From Macrostomum lignano (lineage: Eukaryota): a stretch of 64,000 nt of DNA. Position numbers and translations under genes: made by a program. Within the stretch, counting starts at the first letter, position 1; each line of letters starts with the position of its first letter. The stretch is from contig NIVC01001574.1 of assembly GCA_002269645.1 (NCBI GenBank), forward strand, positions 62,001-126,000, written 5' to 3'. The notes under the pieces were generated by a model. It was not told where the DNA came from and made no database searches. It worked only from the letters and a program-made list of their open reading frames with translations. This document shows, in pieces, positions 58,798 to 64,000 of the stretch.

Positions 58798-59557
58798 AGC
58801 TAAAAAGTACGTACATTTAAAAAGTCACCCACAATTGGCCACACAGGCGTTGGTTTGGCGTTGGTATAGCGTTGTATAACCGTTGTATTGCCACCGTTGT
58901 TCCAACGGTTTTGCGCCGGACATTTGTAGCCGTTGGTCCACCGTTGGTACACAACGTTGTTCCAGCGGTGCCTTTCCCGCTGGGTCGCTTCTTGTGTCAG
59001 TTACGAGTAAATGGCCGTCTTTTATATGTAATCCATTTGGAACTCTGAACCTAACAGACTGAAACCTGCAGTAAACTTTAAAGTGGACTCAAGGACCACT
59101 AGGAACACTTCGTTATATCAAGTCTAGTAGTCCTTGAGTGCATGGACTGTAGTCGTCCCGAATCTCATGGGTTGCTTTTGCTAGCGCGAAATTTCGCATC
59201 CTGGGAAAATTCTTGCGAGTCACGTCCACTAACTCAATAATCTTCACGAGTTGGACTATATTAAATTTAGAGTTTGTAAAGTTTTGAGTTTATAAAAGTG
59301 ACCGAAATATTATTTTAGACGTTCGACGTACAATGCAAGAGTTTGTACTTGCAATTTTACAGATCAAGAGGGACTACAAGTCATTTCAGCAGAAGTGACC
59401 ACATGTCGTTCTTCCGCTCGCGAGCGCTGCTGTCTATGGTCGGAAAGTGGAGCACTTTTATAGCCAAAGTATCACAAAAGAGAGCCTTGAAGCTCATTTA
59501 TTCTTAGGTTTTTGTGTAGAAATACGAAAAAACTACTGGAAGTTACAATCCACACGA

Positions 59558-62500
59558 ATGCTATCCAGCGAGGCCATCCGTCACATAGTGATAGTGACGT
59601 ACAGCGCCAACATTCTACTAGGAATCATCAGTTTAACTTTCTACGGAATCACCATAGCCACAAATCCGTATTTAACTGTGGGAGAATCGTTCACTTTCAA
59701 AGGCGGCGGCCTCATCAAGATCTTTTCCAGCCTGGCTAACATCACCATTGGCATCCTGGGCATTGTCGGTGTCGTGCAGAACTGGCGCATCCTGCTCAAA
59801 ATTGTAAGTGCGTCCGAACTCTACCTGATGTTGCTGCTTCTCCGTGGCCCCTGGGCGTAGGAACAGAGTCAGTTGTACACCCTGTGTGAGTGCGTGCCTG
59901 CGTACGAGTCCATGTACATGTACGTGTTCAAGGGTCGGCGGAATGGCCCATATACAAGCTATAATTAGTACAAGTAACTAACTAATATTAATTTATCCTC
60001 TCTGGAGATTCCTTTTTGTTGGTTTACTTAAAATTAGCAGGGGACTTTGTGGATCTTGCCGGGACCCTTAAGAAGGCACTAATCCCTAATTAATCTCAGT
60101 GTGAGAAAGCTCTTTTTGTTGCTTACTACAGCCTCCTGTCAGTGTAATGAGGGAAAAACGTTTCGGCAGCAAAGACTGCCCACGATCATGTGTCTTGCAA
60201 CATAAAAACGCAAAAGCAAGCATTGAAGAGTGTTCATTTTTGTGTGCAAATACAGCTACGGGACTTGACTTACTTGACTTAGCTGCAGGGATGCCTCGGA
60301 GGGGGACAAAGCGGGAAGGCGCGAACGCTCATTCCGCTAATCCCTGAACGGCCGACGCATCGCTATGAACGCCGCCCAGGGAGGTCCCCCAGTGTCTCCA
60401 GCAGCTTATTCATAGTCGGCTCGAAGGCCATGATAAAGGTGGTGGGCTACCCTCGAAGATGCGCGGTACCCACCCGGCCGCTCCACCTGACCGGGCAGTA
60501 GGCCAAAAGAACTCTCAAGGCTGGCCCGACACCAGGAGGGGGACCGCTTGCGACCGGACTACTCCCCGGCCTTCCAGCCTATCGGCACGGTCGAACACCT
60601 TAGGCATTAGAGGGTACGTTGAGCAGTACCAAGGCCTGCAGGCTGGCAAGCCAGACCCGCATACCCAAGTTTGGCCGAAGCTACTAGATGGGTCGCCAGC
60701 GCCGGAGCCCTGTCTGTCCAGCAGCCCTAGGGTCTGCCTTGAACACTCGCGGGGACGGGTACCCCTGGGTCGGCTTGCGAAACAGCGTGGGGGGTCTACG
60801 GCTGCCAGCGGCAAATAGAGGGTGCAGACCTCCCACTGGCCTTACCTACTGAAGATGGAGGCAGGCGTGGAGCATCGCAGACCTTAGCCCATGGGCCTGG
60901 TCTGTCTTATACTTCACTGGCATGCTGAATACGCCCATGCGAGCACAGTTAGGGGACTTTTGTAAGATATATTCATGTAGTAATAATTGCAGGGAGGGGC
61001 CGTGGGCTCCCTGGCGCAGCTTTCTCGGTGACATCGTCCCACAACCAGCGTTGAGCCAGTTCAGCCTCCTGAGTGCACTCAAGCTGTGCATAGATGCTGT
61101 ACTCATACACTCACACAAGGGTTACGGTGGCCCTGACTTTCTAATTTTCAGGCACATACTCTACACTCTGTGTACCTCTTGGGGGCTGGCCCTCATTTAT
61201 CGCTGAGTCGCAGAGCCGATTGAAGCCCCCTTTTCCAGGACTCTTATCAATGGCTTCTCGAATCAGCCTCTTGGAGCCTAAATTGCGGCCGGAACTGCCT
61301 CACCTGCCCACCTTCCAGATCGTTTGCATTCTGGCCTGCGCGGTTGTCACAAACGTAGTCATCCTTGTGATGCATCTCACGAACAGGAATACTCTGACTA
61401 AATCGGATATAAACGAATACAGAGAAAAATTAACAAAGCAATATGGCGAAGACGAAGGCGTGACTTCGTTTTTAAACAATGGGCAAGAAGAGGTCAGGAA
61501 ATTTTAAATTCTCAATCTGATAGCACATTATGGAAGACAACTAATTAGATTATTGCTCACTCGCTAACCAATTTAAACTTGGGCCACTGAAACAGGAGTT
61601 GTGCTGCGGCTGGAGTGGCGATGAGAAGGAGAACCTGTTCCTCCAGTCTCCATGGCACAAGCTGGTCAACGCCAACGTAACCGGCAAGAAGACCACCCTG
61701 CCCGACTCCTGCTGTCTGGAACCTGGACCGAAGTGCCAACAAGCCGAGAACCTGAAGGAGGCTCGGGAAAAGAAATACGTTCACAAATATGTGAGCTACT
61801 TTGTTAGAATGATTGTCTTTCTCAACGTGCTCGAGTTAAAGTATTGAGTCCCAATTTTATGTCATATGATTGGCGTATTATCGAATAACTGGCACAGTCC
61901 TGACCGATCCTCACTGCACAGCTCCAATACACCAACACAGTCCTGACCGATCCTCACTGCACAGCTCCAACACAGTCCTGACCGATCCTCACTGCACAGC
62001 TCCAACACTCCAACACAGCCCTGACCGATCCTCACTGCACAGCTCCAATACAGTCCTGACCAATCCTCACTGCACAGCTCCAATACAGTCCTGACCGATC
62101 CTCACTGCACAGCTCCAACACAGTCCTGACCAATCCTCACTGCACAGCTCCAATACACCAACACAGTCCTGACCAATCCTCACTGCACAGCTCCAACACA
62201 GTCCTGACCAATCCTCACTGCACAGCTCCAACACGCCAACACAGTCCTGACCGATCCTCACTGCACAGCTCCAACACACCAACACAGTCCTGACAGATCC
62301 TCACTGCACAGCTCCAACACAGCCCTGACCGATCCTCACTGCACAGCTGCAACACAGTCCTGACCGATCCTCACTGCACAGCTCCAACACAGTCCTGACC
62401 AATCCTCACTGCACAGCTCCAACACAGTCCTGACCAATCCTCACTGCACAGCTCCAATACACCAACACAGTCCTGACCAATCCTCACTGCACAGCTCCAA

Positions 62501-63319
62501 TACACCAACACAGTCCTGACCGATCCTCACTGCACAGCTCCAATACACCAACACAGTCCTGACCGATCCTCACTGCACAGCTCCAACACAGTCCTGACCG
62601 ATCCTCACTGCACAGCTCCAACACAGTCCTGACCGATCCTCACTGCACAGCTCCAACACAGTCCTGACCGATCCTCACTGCACAGCTCCAATACACCAAC
62701 ACAGTCCTGACCGATCCTCACTGCACAGCTCCAATACACCAACACAGTCCTGACCGATCCTCACTGCACAGCTCCAACACACCAACACAGTCCTGACCGA
62801 TCCTCACTGCACAGCTCCAATACACCAACACAGTCCTGACCGATCCTCACTGCACAGCTCCAACACAGCCCTGACCGATCCTCACTGCACAGCTCCAACA
62901 CAGCCCTGACCAATCCTCACTGCACAGCTCCAACACAGCCCTGACCAATCCTCACTGCACAGCTCCAACACGCCAACATAACCCATCAGCGCATCATTAT
63001 AACACGCAAAATCTGCAGGGCAGAAGCGAAGCTGACTCGGCAAGAAATCATTAATAAAAAATTCACCTTCAACAGGACTGTCTGACAAAGATCAGCAACA
63101 AGGATGCCTTTTACGATTTAATGATCTCGCTATGGGCCGTCTTCACATCCCTTTGCCAGGTAACATCCGCAATGCTGCCTTTGCAGGCATTCCAACAGCT
63201 TGTTCCATGCCATGCAGACCTGATTCTTCTGTCTCCGTCTCTTTGAAAACTGACTTGTTGCATTTCAGGCCATGTGCGTCGCCTCCACAATGGTGAGCAT
63301 CATGGGCCCGGCTGAGTAA
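59558..63319 (+). CDS. Tetraspanin-family protein, 249 aa; exons 59558..59803, 61319..61492, 61596..61790, 63076..63159, 63269..63319
   Basis: Four hydrophobic segments. The large extracellular loop has CCG (ELCCGW), PDSCC and a terminal Cys (DC) before TM4. Five phase-0 GT-AG exons total 750 nt and end in TAA. Confidence 0.88.
60350..60620 (-). mobile_element. Possible highly degenerate non-LTR RT relic in tetraspanin intron 1
   Basis: KVFDR and, ~48 codons later in the same frame across one stop, RIFEGSP, then (frameshifted) FIMAFEP. Spacing resembles RT motifs KAFD...QG.PLSP..F...EP. Confidence 0.25.
61890..62975. repeat. 35/44-bp minisatellite (CAGTCCTGACCGATCCTCACTGCACAGCTCCAACA +/- 9-bp insert), tetraspanin intron 3
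   Basis: Tandem copies. Confidence 0.92.
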
Positions 63320-63583
63320 GTTTTGAATTTTCCAAAGGTCGTGGAAAAGGTCCTACTGGTGAATCCACAAAGTTGAGCAGCGCTTCAAAGTTAAAGAACA
63401 ATAACTTGAGTGCTTAAGTATGGAATAAAAATAATTTCAGGCGCGCAGCAATTTTTTTAGTTGCTTTTAACAAGACATGCTTGCAGAAACCAGGACACTA
63501 TTTTGAATTATTATATTTGCTGCTGGTGCTACAGCAATACAAGTATATTCGTTACCTTCAAAGTATTGCTTTATTTTTTACCA

Positions 63584-63868
63584 GATGAGGCGCCAGTTTA
63601 AGCATTGATGAGGCGCCAGTTTGGTATTGATCCCCCCCAAGTCCTTGCACTGAACAGCCGTACGCAGCCTTCAGATAGCTACGACCGAGCGGTGGGATGC
63701 ACATCTGACCATTAGTAATTAGTCATATTAATCTTATTTACTCCGCCACCGAAGATGTCGACACCAGGAGCGACTCTGCCGCTGTACAACTATAAATAAC
63801 GCAGATGTGGATAATATGTATAAATAATATGTATCAAACTGACTGTATACAAACCACAGATAATAAAT
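63584..63868 (+). repeat. 285-bp direct repeat, copy 2
   Basis: Matches 57855..58141. Confidence 0.92.
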
Positions 63869-64000
63869 ACCCTAGATGGTTCACTCAGCATTATCTTTAT
63901 GCGTCAGTTTGATTTGCTACTCTCTGTCCAGTGGCATAAGCGCATATTTGCTCTATTTTTTGTCTTGACATAAAATATTTGGAGAGAATGATGGTCTAGA

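Noticed and set aside
795-62975. Selection for array units that are multiples of 3 (hidden coding repeats)
   Set aside because: Units of 14, 16, 19, 20, 23, 29, 31, 32, 35, 52 and 85 bp are as common as 21, 24, 27 and 30.

Overview
Eukaryotic (animal) genomic DNA with GC-rich exons, AT-rich intergenic DNA and a different 14-85 bp tandem repeat in most introns. This architecture suggests a free-living flatworm such as Macrostomum (inference only). Seven spliced protein-coding genes were assembled by hand from splice sites and reading phase. On the minus strand: a MYND-zinc-finger protein (431-1634), two tandem homeobox-containing ceramide synthases (4353-5612 and 9179-11844), a TBC1D24/Skywalker-like TBC+TLDc protein (14396-19076) and an hnRNP F/H-like quasi-RRM protein (21542-25124). 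On the plus strand: a MAGI-family scaffold (38108-56212) and a tetraspanin (59558-63319). The ~13 kb head-to-head intergenic region (25.2-38.0 kb) holds several MITEs with 8-bp target-site duplications, LINE relics and satellites. Nearly all very long ORFs in the supplied track are read-throughs of minisatellites, not genes. Best leads: a private minisatellite in 20 of 24 introns, with a strand-biased ATCCC core; a G-run array in the last intron of the G-run-binding hnRNP gene; CerS paralogues with near-identical exons but unrelated introns; a single-WW MAGI with a disrupted exon-8 junction; and a 287-bp direct repeat bracketing the tetraspanin.
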